64,000 nucleotides of DNA from Opitutus sp. GAS368. GTDB lineage: Bacteria; Verrucomicrobiota; Verrucomicrobiia; Opitutales; Opitutaceae. The notes beneath the pieces were generated by a model. It was not told where the DNA came from. It saw only the letters and a list, made by a program, of their open reading frames with translations, and searched no databases. The position numbers were made by a program, and so were the translations under genes. Within the stretch, counting starts at the first letter, position 1; each line of letters opens with the position of its first letter. The DNA lies in the NCBI GenBank assembly GCA_945861645.1, contig CAMAVZ010000006.1, positions 1 through 64,000 on the forward strand. Direction: 5' to 3'. Below, piece after piece: positions 29,931 to 40,002 of the stretch.

Positions 29931-31165
29931 AATCGGACGCACAGCCCGGCTCGCCCCCCCCTGCCCTATCGTCCCACGCTCAGGCCCTCGCGGGCGTGCG
30001 GGTGGTGGAGATAGGCCAGCTGATTGCAGGTCCTTTTGTCGGCAAAACCTTGGGCGACTTCGGCGCCGATGTCATCAAGATTGAGCCTCCCCTCAACGGC
30101 GATCCCCTCCGACAGTGGCGCCTCCTGAAAGACGGCACGTCCTTGTGGTGGCAGGTGCAGTCACGCAATAAACAATCACTCGCCCTCGATGTGCGGACCG
30201 CCCAAGGCCAGGAAATCGCCCGGCGGCTCATCGGCGAGTGCGATGTGTTGATTGAGAATTTTCGGCCCGGCACGATGGAGAAATGGGGGCTTGGTTGGGA
30301 TGTGCTCCAAGCCATCAACCCCGGCCTGATCATGCTGCGGATTTCCGGTTATGGACAGACGGGGCCCTATCGCGATCTTCCAAGCTTCGGATCCATCGGG
30401 GAAGCCATGGGCGGTCTGCGCCACCTCACGGGCCAACCGGGACAGATTCCTGTGCGCTGCGGCATCTCCATCGGCGACACGCTAGCTGCCCTGCACGGCA
30501 CCATCGGGGTGCTGATGGCCTTGCACCACCGCAAGGTCAACGGCGGTGCCGGCCAAGTCATCGATGTAGCCTTACACGAGTCGGTCTTCAACACCATGGA
30601 AAGCCTGCTGCCCGAATACAGCATGTTTGGCGAAGTGCGTTCGCCCGCCGGAAGCGCCTTGCCCGGCATCGCCCCCTCCAATGCCTACCGTTGTCGAGAC
30701 GGGGTGGTGCTGATTGCCGGAAATGGTGATGCAATTTTTAGCCGCCTGATGACGGTGATCGGCCGCGAGGATCTGGGCCATCGTCCCGACCTCGCCGACA
30801 ATCAAGGGCGAGTCAAAGCGGTCGCCGAACTCGACCAGGCAATCGGCGATTGGACCGAGCAGCAAAGCGTCACCGAGGTCCTCGCGCAGATGAGCGCGGC
30901 CAGTGTGCCGGCCGGAAGAATCTACGATATTGCAGACATCGCGCAGGACCCGCACTATCGGGCGCGCGACATGATTCTCAAACAACGCACGCGCCAGGGA
31001 TTCGACGTCGAGGTGCCGGGCATCGTGCCGAAGCTCCTCTCCACCCCGGGCGCCATCCACTCACCGGCACCCGTGCTCGGCGAGCACACCGAGGGAATTC
31101 TTCACGGACTCGGGTTCACTCAGGAACAGCAAGAGCAACTCAAAGCCGAAGGAGTCATCGCATGA
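29927..31165 (+). CDS. CaiB/BaiF family III CoA-transferase
   Basis: IAGPF..LGDFGADVIKIEPP, RNKQS, ENFRPG, ISGYGQTGP, APVLGEHT. Confidence 0.94.
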   Translation: MKSDAQPGSPPPALSSHAQALAGVRVVEIGQLIAGPFVGKTLGDFGADVIKIEPPLNGDPLRQWRLLKDGTSLWWQVQSRNKQSLALDVRTAQGQEIARRLIGECDVLIENFRPGTMEKWGLGWDVLQAINPGLIMLRISGYGQTGPYRDLPSFGSIGEAMGGLRHLTGQPGQIPVRCGISIGDTLAALHGTIGVLMALHHRKVNGGAGQVIDVALHESVFNTMESLLPEYSMFGEVRSPAGSALPGIAPSNAYRCRDGVVLIAGNGDAIFSRLMTVIGREDLGHRPDLADNQGRVKAVAELDQAIGDWTEQQSVTEVLAQMSAASVPAGRIYDIADIAQDPHYRARDMILKQRTRQGFDVEVPGIVPKLLSTPGAIHSPAPVLGEHTEGILHGLGFTQEQQEQLKAEGVIA

Positions 31166-32199
31166 GCCCGTGGTGCGGCCAGGGACGGGAGATCCACGTG
31201 CAGGAGGTGGCGCTGCGCGACGGTTTGCAAAGCGAGGCCGGCTTCATGTCCACGGAGAACAAGATCGCGCTTGCAGACCGGCTCACAGCGAGCGGAATCA
31301 AGAAGATCGAAGTCAGTTCGTTTGTTTCTCTCCGTGCGGTCCCGCAACTGGCCGACGCGGAGGCGGTCTTCCGAGGCATCACCCGTCGTCCCGGTGTGAT
31401 TTACGCGGCATTGGTGCCCAACGTCCGCGGGATGGAGCGGGCCATCGCCGCCCGGGCCGATGAAGTGAACCTCGTGATGTCGGCCAGCGAGAGCCACAAT
31501 CGCGCGAATCTGCGCATGGCGGGCGAAGCCTCGTTTCAAGCTATCAAGGAGGCCGCCGCTCTCGCCGCCTCGACGGGAATGCGGGTCGCCGCGTCGCTTT
31601 CGTGCAGCTTCGGCTGCCCGTTCGAAGGCGAGATTCCAGCCGCCACGATCCTGATGTGGTGCCGACGGCTGCAGGAGGAGGCGGGTATCCGTTCGATCAG
31701 CCTGTGCGACACGACCGGCATGGCCTATCCGGCGCTCGTCCACGATCTGGTCGGGCTCGTCCGCCAATCATCGCCGGAGGTAAACCTCACGCTTCATTTC
31801 CACAACACGCGGGGACTCAGCCTGGCCAACGTGTTCGCGGGGCTCGATGCCGGTGTGATCCACTTTGACGCCGCCTTGGCCGGGATCGGCGGATGCCCGT
31901 ATGCTCCAGGCGCCACCGGAAACATCTGCACCGAAGATCTAATCCACGCGCTAGAGGTTTCCGGCTACCGGTGCGGCGTCGATCTGGATGCGTTGATCGA
32001 GACGGCCAGAGATTTGGAAAAACTCCTCGGCCACCCGACGCCGGGCCAAGTGATGAAGGCGGGCCGGCGACTGCGAGGGCATCTCACCGACCAGCACGGT
32101 CCCGTGCACCAGAAGCCTATCTCAGACGGACTCGCAATCGCGTTAACGGACGCCGAGGTTCACTGTTCGCCGACAGTGTTCCCCCTGCCTCGCGTTTAA
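31162..32199 (+). CDS. Hydroxymethylglutaryl-CoA lyase-family protein
   Basis: EVALRDGLQ, DTTGMA, HFHNTRG, GGCPYAPGATGN; ATGA-coupled to the CoA-transferase. Confidence 0.92.
   Translation: MSPWCGQGREIHVQEVALRDGLQSEAGFMSTENKIALADRLTASGIKKIEVSSFVSLRAVPQLADAEAVFRGITRRPGVIYAALVPNVRGMERAIAARADEVNLVMSASESHNRANLRMAGEASFQAIKEAAALAASTGMRVAASLSCSFGCPFEGEIPAATILMWCRRLQEEAGIRSISLCDTTGMAYPALVHDLVGLVRQSSPEVNLTLHFHNTRGLSLANVFAGLDAGVIHFDAALAGIGGCPYAPGATGNICTEDLIHALEVSGYRCGVDLDALIETARDLEKLLGHPTPGQVMKAGRRLRGHLTDQHGPVHQKPISDGLAIALTDAEVHCSPTVFPLPRV
32047..32106 (+). repeat. Diverged direct repeat, copy 1 (3' part of HMG-CoA lyase)
   Basis: 51/60 identical by manual alignment to 33809-33868. Confidence 0.85.
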
Positions 32200-32240
32200 G
32201 CCTGCCTTGGTTCCTCTGAGCCCGCCCAACCACCCTCGCT

Positions 32241-33767
32241 ATGACTACTGCACCCGCCGTTTCCAGAGTCCGCCTTGTCGGCCTGTTTTCCGGCTTTATC
32301 GTTTTCGCTGTCCTACTCTGGGGCTGGGGTGGGCCGGCGGATCGCCCGCTCGCCGGCGCGATGGCCGCCGTCGCCGCGCTCATGTCGATCTGGTGGATGA
32401 CCGAGGCCGTGCCGCTGGCTGTCACCTCCTTGCTGCCGCTGGTGCTATTTCCGCTCCTCGGGCTCGGCGATGTGCGCCGCACACCGCAGAACTATTTCAA
32501 CGAGATTATCGTCCTCTATCTTGGCGGTTTCTTCATCGCGCTCGCGATGGAGCAATGGCGGCTCCACCAACGCATCGCTCTCGGCCTCCTCAACCGCATG
32601 GGTTCGAGCCCGGGTTCCGTCTTGGGCGGGTTCCTCCTCGCGACTTCCCTGTTGTCAATGTGGATTTCCAACACCGCCACCGCGATGATGATGCTCCCCA
32701 TCGGCATGGCGGTCGTCCTCAAGCTCGAAGACACCTTTGGCGCCGATCGTGCCCGCCCGCTCGCCCTCGGCCTGATGCTCGCCATCGCCTACGGTTGCTC
32801 GCTCGGCGGCATGGCCACGCTCGTCGGCACGCCGACGAACCTGGTGTTCCTGAAAATCTACCGCGACATGTTTCCCTCCGCCCCGCCGGTCGCCTTCGGC
32901 GAGTGGATGTTCTACGCCACTCCGCTGGCCGCCATCTTGCTGGCCGCCACCTGGTTCCTCCTCGCGCGCGTCTTCTGCCGCTGCGATGCCGCGCTCCGGC
33001 TTGATCGCTCCGTCGTCCGGGCTGAACTCGACCGCCTTGGCCCGATGCGCTTCGAGGAAAAAGTCGTCGGCACGCTCTTCATGGTAGTGGCTCTCCTTTG
33101 GGTTTTCCGCAGCGACCTTAACATCGGCGTTGCCACCATCCCCGGCTGGAGCCGGCTGCATCCTGCGCTTGCCGCCCTGGATGACGGTTCTGCCGGACTG
33201 CTTGTTGCCCTCTTACTTTTCTTCATTCCGTCTCGCTCCGAACCCGGCCGCGCGCTGCTCGACGGCGGAACTTTCGCCAAGATTCCGTGGGATGTCTTGT
33301 TGCTACTCGGCGGCGGCTTCGCCTTGGCCTCCGGCTTTGTTCCCAGCGGACTTTCCGAATACCTAGCCAAAGTTCTGCGCGACTTCGGCAATCTGCCGGC
33401 TTTCGCGATTCTCGTCCTCGTTTGCCTGCTCATCACCTTCCTCTCGGAGCTCACGTCCAACGTCGCCACCGCCACCATGTTTCTTCCGGTGATCGCCGCT
33501 TGGGCCGTGGCCGAGCACATCAACCCACTCATGCTGATGATCCCCGCCACCATTGCGGCTTCGATGGGCTTCATGCTCCCGGTCGCCACGCCGCCCAACG
33601 CCATTGTCTTCACGAGCCGGCGCGTCCGCATTGCCGATATGGCCCGCGTCGGCCTGGCGCTCAATCTCATCGGCGTCATCGTCATCTCGGTCTATTCTCA
33701 GTATATCCTGCCGCTGATTTTGCGTTTCGACCCGACCATCCTCCCCGCTTGGGCCGTATCGAAGTGA
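32241..33767 (+). CDS. DASS/SLC13 sodium:dicarboxylate/sulfate symporter
   Basis: SMWISNTAT, GTPTN, ELTSNVAT, FMLPVATPPNAIVF. Confidence 0.93.
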   Translation: MTTAPAVSRVRLVGLFSGFIVFAVLLWGWGGPADRPLAGAMAAVAALMSIWWMTEAVPLAVTSLLPLVLFPLLGLGDVRRTPQNYFNEIIVLYLGGFFIALAMEQWRLHQRIALGLLNRMGSSPGSVLGGFLLATSLLSMWISNTATAMMMLPIGMAVVLKLEDTFGADRARPLALGLMLAIAYGCSLGGMATLVGTPTNLVFLKIYRDMFPSAPPVAFGEWMFYATPLAAILLAATWFLLARVFCRCDAALRLDRSVVRAELDRLGPMRFEEKVVGTLFMVVALLWVFRSDLNIGVATIPGWSRLHPALAALDDGSAGLLVALLLFFIPSRSEPGRALLDGGTFAKIPWDVLLLLGGGFALASGFVPSGLSEYLAKVLRDFGNLPAFAILVLVCLLITFLSELTSNVATATMFLPVIAAWAVAEHINPLMLMIPATIAASMGFMLPVATPPNAIVFTSRRVRIADMARVGLALNLIGVIVISVYSQYILPLILRFDPTILPAWAVSK

Positions 33768-33808
33768 GCGGGGAGGCTAGCCTGAACGAGTCATGCCTTG
33801 ACTCGTCA

Positions 33809-33868
33809 CAAGTGAAAAAGGCGCGCCGGCGACTCCGCGAGCATCTCGCCGACCAGCCCGGTCCGGTG
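33809..33868 (+). repeat. Diverged direct repeat, copy 2 (remnant of lyase 3' end)
   Basis: Translates QVKKARRRLREHLADQPGPV versus QVMKAGRRLRGHLTDQHGPV in the lyase. Confidence 0.85.
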
Positions 33869-33932
33869 GCCCGAAACTTACCTCAGGCAGGTTCTCAACT
33901 GCGCCCACGCGCTGGTCCCCCTTTTTTCCGGC

Positions 33933-35408
33933 TTACTTCTGCTCCCGGTAGACCACTCGTCCATCCACGTCGTGCAGGCGAAGCTCAAAACTCGCTCCAG
34001 TGGCCGTGGGCGTGACGACGCCGGAGAGGAATCCGCCCTGCCCGGTGCGCAGAAAGCGATGCTCAGGCCGCGGCGTCTTTTCCTCCCAACCGCCGGCATG
34101 GGAGGCGCTTGACGGACCGATGCTCCACTCATTGACCGAGGTCACGGGGTCCACCGAGACATACTGCCAGTGCCGATCCCCGGTGATTACGGTGAGATTG
34201 GGGTAGCGTGCCAACAACTCGCGAATCTCTTTCCCCTCCACCGCGAAGCCGGCATTGGCGTAGTTGTCGTCCTTGTTGCTGCGGTCCGGGCCCACCACAG
34301 GCACGGTGGTGAGGATCACACGGAACGTGGCAGTGGAAGCGGCCAGCGTTTCGCCGAGCCACTTGATTTGCTCGCGGCCCCAGAGGGTCGGCGCGGGCGT
34401 CCGGTTTTCCGCCCAATCCGGAGTGCGATAGTCCCGCCCCTCCATCAGCCACACCTGCAAATCACGCCCCCAGCGGAAGGTCCGATTGGCGATCTCCGGC
34501 AGCCCAGTCTGTTCCCGGAATATTTTCACGCCGCCCGCGTAGGTCAGCTCCCCGCTCCGCGTTGCCGGACCGCAGTCGTTCGACAGGATATCATGGTCAT
34601 CCTTCATGAAGAAGCTGCTAAAGTTTCGGTGAAAATCTCGCAGGGTCGGCAAGGCGTACATCCGCGCCCAATGGTAACGGGCCAACGCCGGCGTGAGCGC
34701 GATGACCGGGCCATGATCATAATAGACGGCATCCCCGGTATTCACAAAAAAATCCGGCTGCAACTCTCCCATCGCGGGATAAATCGCCAAGCCGTCGGGA
34801 CGATCCAAGTGTTCATATTGCTGGCAAGTCATGACACAAAATGTGACAGGCGCGCGTTGCTCCGGCAGGGGCGCGGTGTTAAATCCTCCCACCTGCTCAT
34901 CGGGCTGGTTGTCATTCGCCTCCAGTCGCGCCTGCACCACGAGTTCGTAGCGCGCTGCCGGGATGAGCGCCGACAGGGCATGCACGACGATTCCATCCTG
35001 CGGCGGACCGGCCTGCTGCCATGGCGTCTCAGACCAATCGGTCTCCCCTTTCTGCCGATAGCGCACCCGCGTCTGGCCGGAAGCGGCGGATGCTCCACCG
35101 GCGGCCTGGTGGAGGCCCATCCCCTCGGGCATGTGAATCGTGATGCGAGTGTCTGGAAACGCCCGGTTCTCGCGCAACGCCACAAGCTTGCCCGTCTTTG
35201 CATCGGAAGCCTCAACCCGAGGCAAAGGCGCATCGGCCGGATTGGCCGCTGCGCGCTGCGTGACGCGGGTCCAAACATCAACGCCCGTCGGCGTAATATT
35301 GACGACCTTGAAGCCGGTGGCCTGATGCACCGGCACACCCCACATCGCTCCGGCTAGCCACAGGGGCAGTGCGAGCAGAAACGGAAGCCGGAATTTCACC
35401 CTGGTCAT
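33933..35408 (-). CDS. PhoD-family alkaline phosphatase/phosphodiesterase
   Basis: GDAVYYD, KDDHD, GDRHWQY metallophosphoesterase motifs; signal peptide. Confidence 0.85.
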   Translation of the reverse strand: MTRVKFRLPFLLALPLWLAGAMWGVPVHQATGFKVVNITPTGVDVWTRVTQRAAANPADAPLPRVEASDAKTGKLVALRENRAFPDTRITIHMPEGMGLHQAAGGASAASGQTRVRYRQKGETDWSETPWQQAGPPQDGIVVHALSALIPAARYELVVQARLEANDNQPDEQVGGFNTAPLPEQRAPVTFCVMTCQQYEHLDRPDGLAIYPAMGELQPDFFVNTGDAVYYDHGPVIALTPALARYHWARMYALPTLRDFHRNFSSFFMKDDHDILSNDCGPATRSGELTYAGGVKIFREQTGLPEIANRTFRWGRDLQVWLMEGRDYRTPDWAENRTPAPTLWGREQIKWLGETLAASTATFRVILTTVPVVGPDRSNKDDNYANAGFAVEGKEIRELLARYPNLTVITGDRHWQYVSVDPVTSVNEWSIGPSSASHAGGWEEKTPRPEHRFLRTGQGGFLSGVVTPTATGASFELRLHDVDGRVVYREQK

Positions 35409-35421
35409 GAGCTACCGGGCA

Positions 35422-38400
35422 TCAATGCGACAGGTTCACGCCGAAGGTCCACAGTGAGCCGTACCTGGTCGTTTGAGAAAACCGCGCGTGACTGGGTGTG
35501 CTTGGGCCGTAAATTTCTGTCGTCGCGCCTTGATCGGTGACGTTGCGGAGGTTGGCATACATCGAAAGGTTCTTGCGGATGTTGAATTCAGCGATGACGT
35601 CGACGAATGTGGACGGCGGCTGCCAGTTATATGTACCGGGCTCAATGCTCCGGCCCGACGCCACCGCATTGAGCTGCGTGCGGCCGCGATAGTTTAAATT
35701 CGCACGCAGGTTATATTTTGCGCGCGTCAAGCTAATGCCTGCGCTGCCGCTGCGCGGAATATAGCCAGCAAAATTGCCGCCCGTGTCGCCAACTGCCCGC
35801 TGCGCGGTACCGTTGGCAAAGACCTCGAAGCCGCGCGCCCAATCGGGGAGAAAGGTGAGGCTTTGGCGATAATTCAGGCTGACGCCCTCGAAGCGCACGG
35901 TGCCTGGAATGTTATATTGGGTAGATACACCGTAGCGGCCATAGACGTTCGCATCGAGGCCGTAGAATCCAAGGAATTCGGGGGTAGCAGTCTGCACGGT
36001 GCTGCCAAAGAAATTCCGCACGTCGCGGCGAAAGGCCGCCACCGAGACAACTCCGACTCCTTGAAAATAATGCTCCAGGCGCAAGACGAGCGACTTGGCG
36101 GCCCACGGATTGATGTCGACGTTGTTGACCACAATTCGATTGGTTGCGCTGTCGCCGACACTGGTATCCGGCAGGGTCAAGCCGCCAGAATATTGATTGT
36201 AGTCGGGCCGACCGATGGACTCGTATGCGGCGAGGCGCGCAATCAAGTTCTCACGGATCGCATAACTAGCGTTGAGGCTGGGAAAGAGCTTCTGGTAATC
36301 TTTGTCGACCTTTGAGCCGCGCTCGATGCCATTCACGCTTCTCTTGATGTCAAATAGCGGGCCCTTGGCGTGAATCGTAGTTTTTTCACCGCGCACGCCG
36401 ACCACGATCTTGAGTCGTTGTTCGAGGAGTTCGAAGTCCGTGCGCAGGTAAGGCGCCAGCACCTGCTCCCGAGCAAACTTGGAGGTCGCCACTCGGTTGC
36501 GCGCAATTGTGTTGGCGTTGGTGGTGAAATAAGTCGGTTGCAAGGTATAGTGCTGCCACACGAGACGATCACTGGGCGCCTGGGAGGCCGAAAAGCCGTA
36601 GGGCATCACGCGCTGCGAAAACACTGGATCAATAAAAGGCGCTAGCGAATCATCACCCGTGACGGGCGTGGTGCTACCGACGCGGTCCGCTCCAACGTAA
36701 TTATACGTAGCAGAGTCGTCTGTGATGTCGCGGATCCCTTCCTGGAGATTGAAGCCCGCCTTCAGCGTGATCGGGATTTTTGCATAGAATTTTCGACTCA
36801 CGCTGCCATAGGCAGTCTTTTGCGTGTCCTCGGTCGCATTGCGTTGAGTCGTAGCCGAAGTGAGGGCATAGTTGGAGATGAGATAGGGATTCACGTCAAC
36901 GCCAGCCGCATTCTTCACCGTGATCGTGCCGGGCCGCAGGTAGCTGATGTCGTCGAACGAGATGGTCAGGCCGCTACGAATCGCATTCACCGCGCGGAAG
37001 TATCCCTTGTCGATGTCGTGGTTTTCGTCCCGCGCCGAAGAGTAGCCCACGCCGAGGTCGGCCTTCCAATCCGTCCCCTGATGCTTCCACACCATGGTGG
37101 GCATAACAGTGCGATTGAAACGATTTCTCTCGTTATGGATCATTGAGACGTTACCCGCCCCGACCACTCCGCGGACCGCTGTGGGGGAGAAGCCGCCGGC
37201 TTGGACCGCGCCGGGGTTGAACGTCAGCGAATGCAGCACGAACTGCACATCGAAAGAGGAATACAGGTAGCCGATGGAAATGCGATCGTTGGCCGATAGC
37301 TTGAAATCAAAGGAGCCGGCCAGCGAACGGCGCGTCGTGATCTTGGGCTGATCTTCCACGCGATAGGATGATAGATAGGGCAGCGCAGATGAAGTATCGG
37401 GGAAAGTCGTGCCGTTGGTGGCCACACCGGTGCCGCGCCACGTCGCCTGCGAGCGATCCTGCGCAGAATAGCTGGTAGAGTCGCCCGCGGAAATCGAGTA
37501 ACCAAATTTCTTGTTCACTGGCACCGTGTAGGAGAAGTCGAAGCCAGGATAAACGTTGCGCGATGGGCCGGGTTGCGCTCCAGGCACCTTGGCGAAGCTC
37601 AGCGCATTGTCCCGCATGCTAAGGTAGACATTGGCCTGAAAGAAGGGCTTGGTGCGCTCCAAGGAACTGCGTGTGACCATATTAACCGTGCCCGCCAGTG
37701 CGGAGGCCGGAGATTCGGGCGTGGGGCTATTCAGCACCTCAATGCGCGAGAGATTGTTGATTGAAACCATGTCCGCCATCACAGTGCGGTTCGTCTTGCC
37801 GCCGTCGGCGGAGGCGAGGTTGAAATTGTCGATGGTGATCGGCACGTAGTCGGACGGGGCGCCATCGATCGAGATTCCCCGAGCATTGCCGCCCGTGTAG
37901 CTGATCGTGATGCCGGGAAGAAATTTCAGAAACTCGGCGGTGTTACCCTCAGCGACGTTGCCAAATTGCTCCGTCGACACGACCTGCTTGATATTGGGGG
38001 CGAAACGCTGCTCGTTAATCGCTAAGGCCGAGGCGTCCATTTCACGGGACGTTGTGACCTGAAATTTGGCCAACTGAAGAACAGCGTCGCTCTTGGGTTG
38101 CACGCCAAGCGTGATATTGAGCTCAGTGGCCTGGCCCACCGCAATCTCGGCGAGGCGCAGGTCGCGGCCCAGGCCAGTGTAAAACGTCACTACCGTCACC
38201 TTGCCGGCCGGGACCTGCGCCAGGCGAAAGTTACCCTCTGCGTCGCTGAGGGCGGAGAGAGCGGTGCCTTCGATCGTAATGCGGGCGCCCTCGACATACA
38301 TGGCACTGCGCTCGTTAAGCACCCGCCCCTGCAAAGTGCCGGTGCTTTCAATTTTGGCCGGTGTCTGAGCCTGGACCGAGGAGAGCGAGAGGGCAAGCCA

Positions 38401-38835
38401 CGCTCCGATTGTTCTGAGGACATTATTTTTCTTCATAGGGGTATTTTCGGAAGTTTTGGTCATTTTCAGTGAGGGGATTGGTTTGGCTTTTGCAGCGGGT
38501 GGCTCGTCGCCCGCGAGCCGATTTACCATCAAAGCCCCTGTCTGCGCATCTTCTGCGACGACTAGTCCGGTATCGGCGACGAGGCGGGTGAGCGCCTCCC
38601 GCACGGTATATTCGCCGCGGACGGCATTGGTCGTCACGCCGCGGACGGCATCGACCAAAAACACCACCTGCCGACTGGACTCATCCGCGAAGCGCTTCAG
38701 GGTGAGCACGGCATCGCCGCGGGATATATCGTAGTTCGCCCGCGTATCCTCACCGGCCTGCAGCGGCGCGATCGCGCAGGCCAAGGAACATGCCGCAAAT
38801 GCCGCAACGGAGCCGGTTGGTATCAGGGGTTTCAT
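35422..38835 (-). CDS. TonB-dependent receptor with N-terminal STN signalling domain
   Basis: STN-like domain, CarboxypepD-reg-like domain, plug (AEFLKFLPGI, RIEVLNSPTP), C-terminal beta-barrel; start re-assigned to MKPLIP because a promoter motif lies in the track's N-terminal extension. Confidence 0.9.
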   Translation of the reverse strand: MKPLIPTGSVAAFAACSLACAIAPLQAGEDTRANYDISRGDAVLTLKRFADESSRQVVFLVDAVRGVTTNAVRGEYTVREALTRLVADTGLVVAEDAQTGALMVNRLAGDEPPAAKAKPIPSLKMTKTSENTPMKKNNVLRTIGAWLALSLSSVQAQTPAKIESTGTLQGRVLNERSAMYVEGARITIEGTALSALSDAEGNFRLAQVPAGKVTVVTFYTGLGRDLRLAEIAVGQATELNITLGVQPKSDAVLQLAKFQVTTSREMDASALAINEQRFAPNIKQVVSTEQFGNVAEGNTAEFLKFLPGITISYTGGNARGISIDGAPSDYVPITIDNFNLASADGGKTNRTVMADMVSINNLSRIEVLNSPTPESPASALAGTVNMVTRSSLERTKPFFQANVYLSMRDNALSFAKVPGAQPGPSRNVYPGFDFSYTVPVNKKFGYSISAGDSTSYSAQDRSQATWRGTGVATNGTTFPDTSSALPYLSSYRVEDQPKITTRRSLAGSFDFKLSANDRISIGYLYSSFDVQFVLHSLTFNPGAVQAGGFSPTAVRGVVGAGNVSMIHNERNRFNRTVMPTMVWKHQGTDWKADLGVGYSSARDENHDIDKGYFRAVNAIRSGLTISFDDISYLRPGTITVKNAAGVDVNPYLISNYALTSATTQRNATEDTQKTAYGSVSRKFYAKIPITLKAGFNLQEGIRDITDDSATYNYVGADRVGSTTPVTGDDSLAPFIDPVFSQRVMPYGFSASQAPSDRLVWQHYTLQPTYFTTNANTIARNRVATSKFAREQVLAPYLRTDFELLEQRLKIVVGVRGEKTTIHAKGPLFDIKRSVNGIERGSKVDKDYQKLFPSLNASYAIRENLIARLAAYESIGRPDYNQYSGGLTLPDTSVGDSATNRIVVNNVDINPWAAKSLVLRLEHYFQGVGVVSVAAFRRDVRNFFGSTVQTATPEFLGFYGLDANVYGRYGVSTQYNIPGTVRFEGVSLNYRQSLTFLPDWARGFEVFANGTAQRAVGDTGGNFAGYIPRSGSAGISLTRAKYNLRANLNYRGRTQLNAVASGRSIEPGTYNWQPPSTFVDVIAEFNIRKNLSMYANLRNVTDQGATTEIYGPSTPSHARFSQTTRYGSLWTFGVNLSH

Positions 38836-38861
38836 CAAAGGGTACAATGAGAGCACGCTTA

Positions 38862-38890
38862 AGACGCAACGCCGGGCTAAACGGGTTATC
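38862..38890 (-). promoter_or_regulatory. Putative ECF-sigma promoter of TonB receptor
   Basis: GATAACCCG-TTTAGCCCGGCGTT-GCGTCT ending 26 nt upstream of the receptor ATG. Confidence 0.75.
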
Positions 38891-38928
38891 GGCGCTCGCA
38901 TAATTTTTCGCCAAAAGTGGCGAGTGTC

Positions 38929-40002
38929 CTAGCGTGCCCCACGCAAGACCACCGTCGCTTCATCGCGACGCTCGACCACGATCGTACCGCTACTCTCAAG
39001 CAGGCGGACAAAACCATCGACATTGTCGGCGGCGAAGGTGCCGCCCACCGGACGCTCGGCAACGGCGGCGTCGCCGAAAAGGATTTGGAGGCGGTTTCGT
39101 CGGTTAAATTGGGCGACAACTTCGCGCAGCGGCGTTTCAGAAAACACGAATTTCCTTTCCTGCCAGGAAAGGACCGCGCGTAGCGCTTCGGGCGTGATCC
39201 TCTCGACGACCGGCGCGGGCGGAGCAGATGCGGCGATTTTAGCCGGTGTGAAAACGAGGAGGGTGCGCTCATTCGCCGTGAGCAGCAGAGGATTGCCAAT
39301 CGTCAGCAGGCCGGCTTTCCCCTCGCCTTCGCTGCGCGAAGCCCCTGCGTCAGAGACCGTCACCTTGCCTTCGGTCACGAGCACTTCGACCGCGGTAGAC
39401 GCGAGTCGGACGTTGAACGCCGTGCCGACTGCGCGCACGGCCACGCCGCGAGTAGAGACAATGAACGGCCGCGACCCATCGTGGGCGACGCTGAAGTGCG
39501 CCTCGCCCTGCACAAGCGTGACACGACGTTCATTCGGCAACAAAACGACGCGGACTTCCGAGTTGGCGTTGAGTTCGACCACCGAGCCATCGAGGAGGAC
39601 GACGCGCTCGTAGCCACCGACGGAGGTTGTGTAGAGCAGCGCGGATCGTTCCGGGTGGCCCCACTGCCACCAGCCGAAAGCCGCGAGTGCGAGTACTGCG
39701 GCGAATGCAGAGGCGACCCGCCAGAGCGGAACTTTCCGTTCTGGCCGCCCCGCGACCCGCATGGCGCGGGCTGCAACGGGAAATTCGATCACCGGCTGTA
39801 ATTCTTTCCGCACAAGCGGAATTTTTTCCAGCCACGCACACGCCGCTTCCAAACGCGCGATCGCGGCGGCGTGCCGCCCGTCCGCCCGGCACCACCGCTC
39901 GAATTCACGCTTCTGGGCGGTCGAAAATCCATCGGCTCGCTCCGCCAGCCAGGTCGATGCGACCTCTTCGATCGGATCTTCGTGATCAAGTGAATTGCTC
40001 AT
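38929..40002 (-). CDS. fecR: FecR-family anti-sigma factor
   Basis: N-terminal Trp motif (ASTWL..FERW), TM, LLDGSVVELN, GEAHFSV, VRAVGTAFNV, LSWQ. Confidence 0.93.
   Translation of the reverse strand: MSNSLDHEDPIEEVASTWLAERADGFSTAQKREFERWCRADGRHAAAIARLEAACAWLEKIPLVRKELQPVIEFPVAARAMRVAGRPERKVPLWRVASAFAAVLALAAFGWWQWGHPERSALLYTTSVGGYERVVLLDGSVVELNANSEVRVVLLPNERRVTLVQGEAHFSVAHDGSRPFIVSTRGVAVRAVGTAFNVRLASTAVEVLVTEGKVTVSDAGASRSEGEGKAGLLTIGNPLLLTANERTLLVFTPAKIAASAPPAPVVERITPEALRAVLSWQERKFVFSETPLREVVAQFNRRNRLQILFGDAAVAERPVGGTFAADNVDGFVRLLESSGTIVVERRDEATVVLRGAR

Noticed and set aside
30850-31161. Long N-terminal extension of HMG-CoA lyase
   Set aside because: Overlaps the CoA-transferase in another frame; the ATGA-coupled start at 31162 fits better.
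34170-35357. 395-aa + strand ORF (and similar, e.g. 39627-40652, 26478-27251)
   Set aside because: Antisense shadows of real GC-rich genes, with no family motifs.
38836-38901. N-terminal extension of the TonB receptor in the ORF track
   Set aside because: Contains the promoter motif; the signal peptide begins at MKPLIP (38835).
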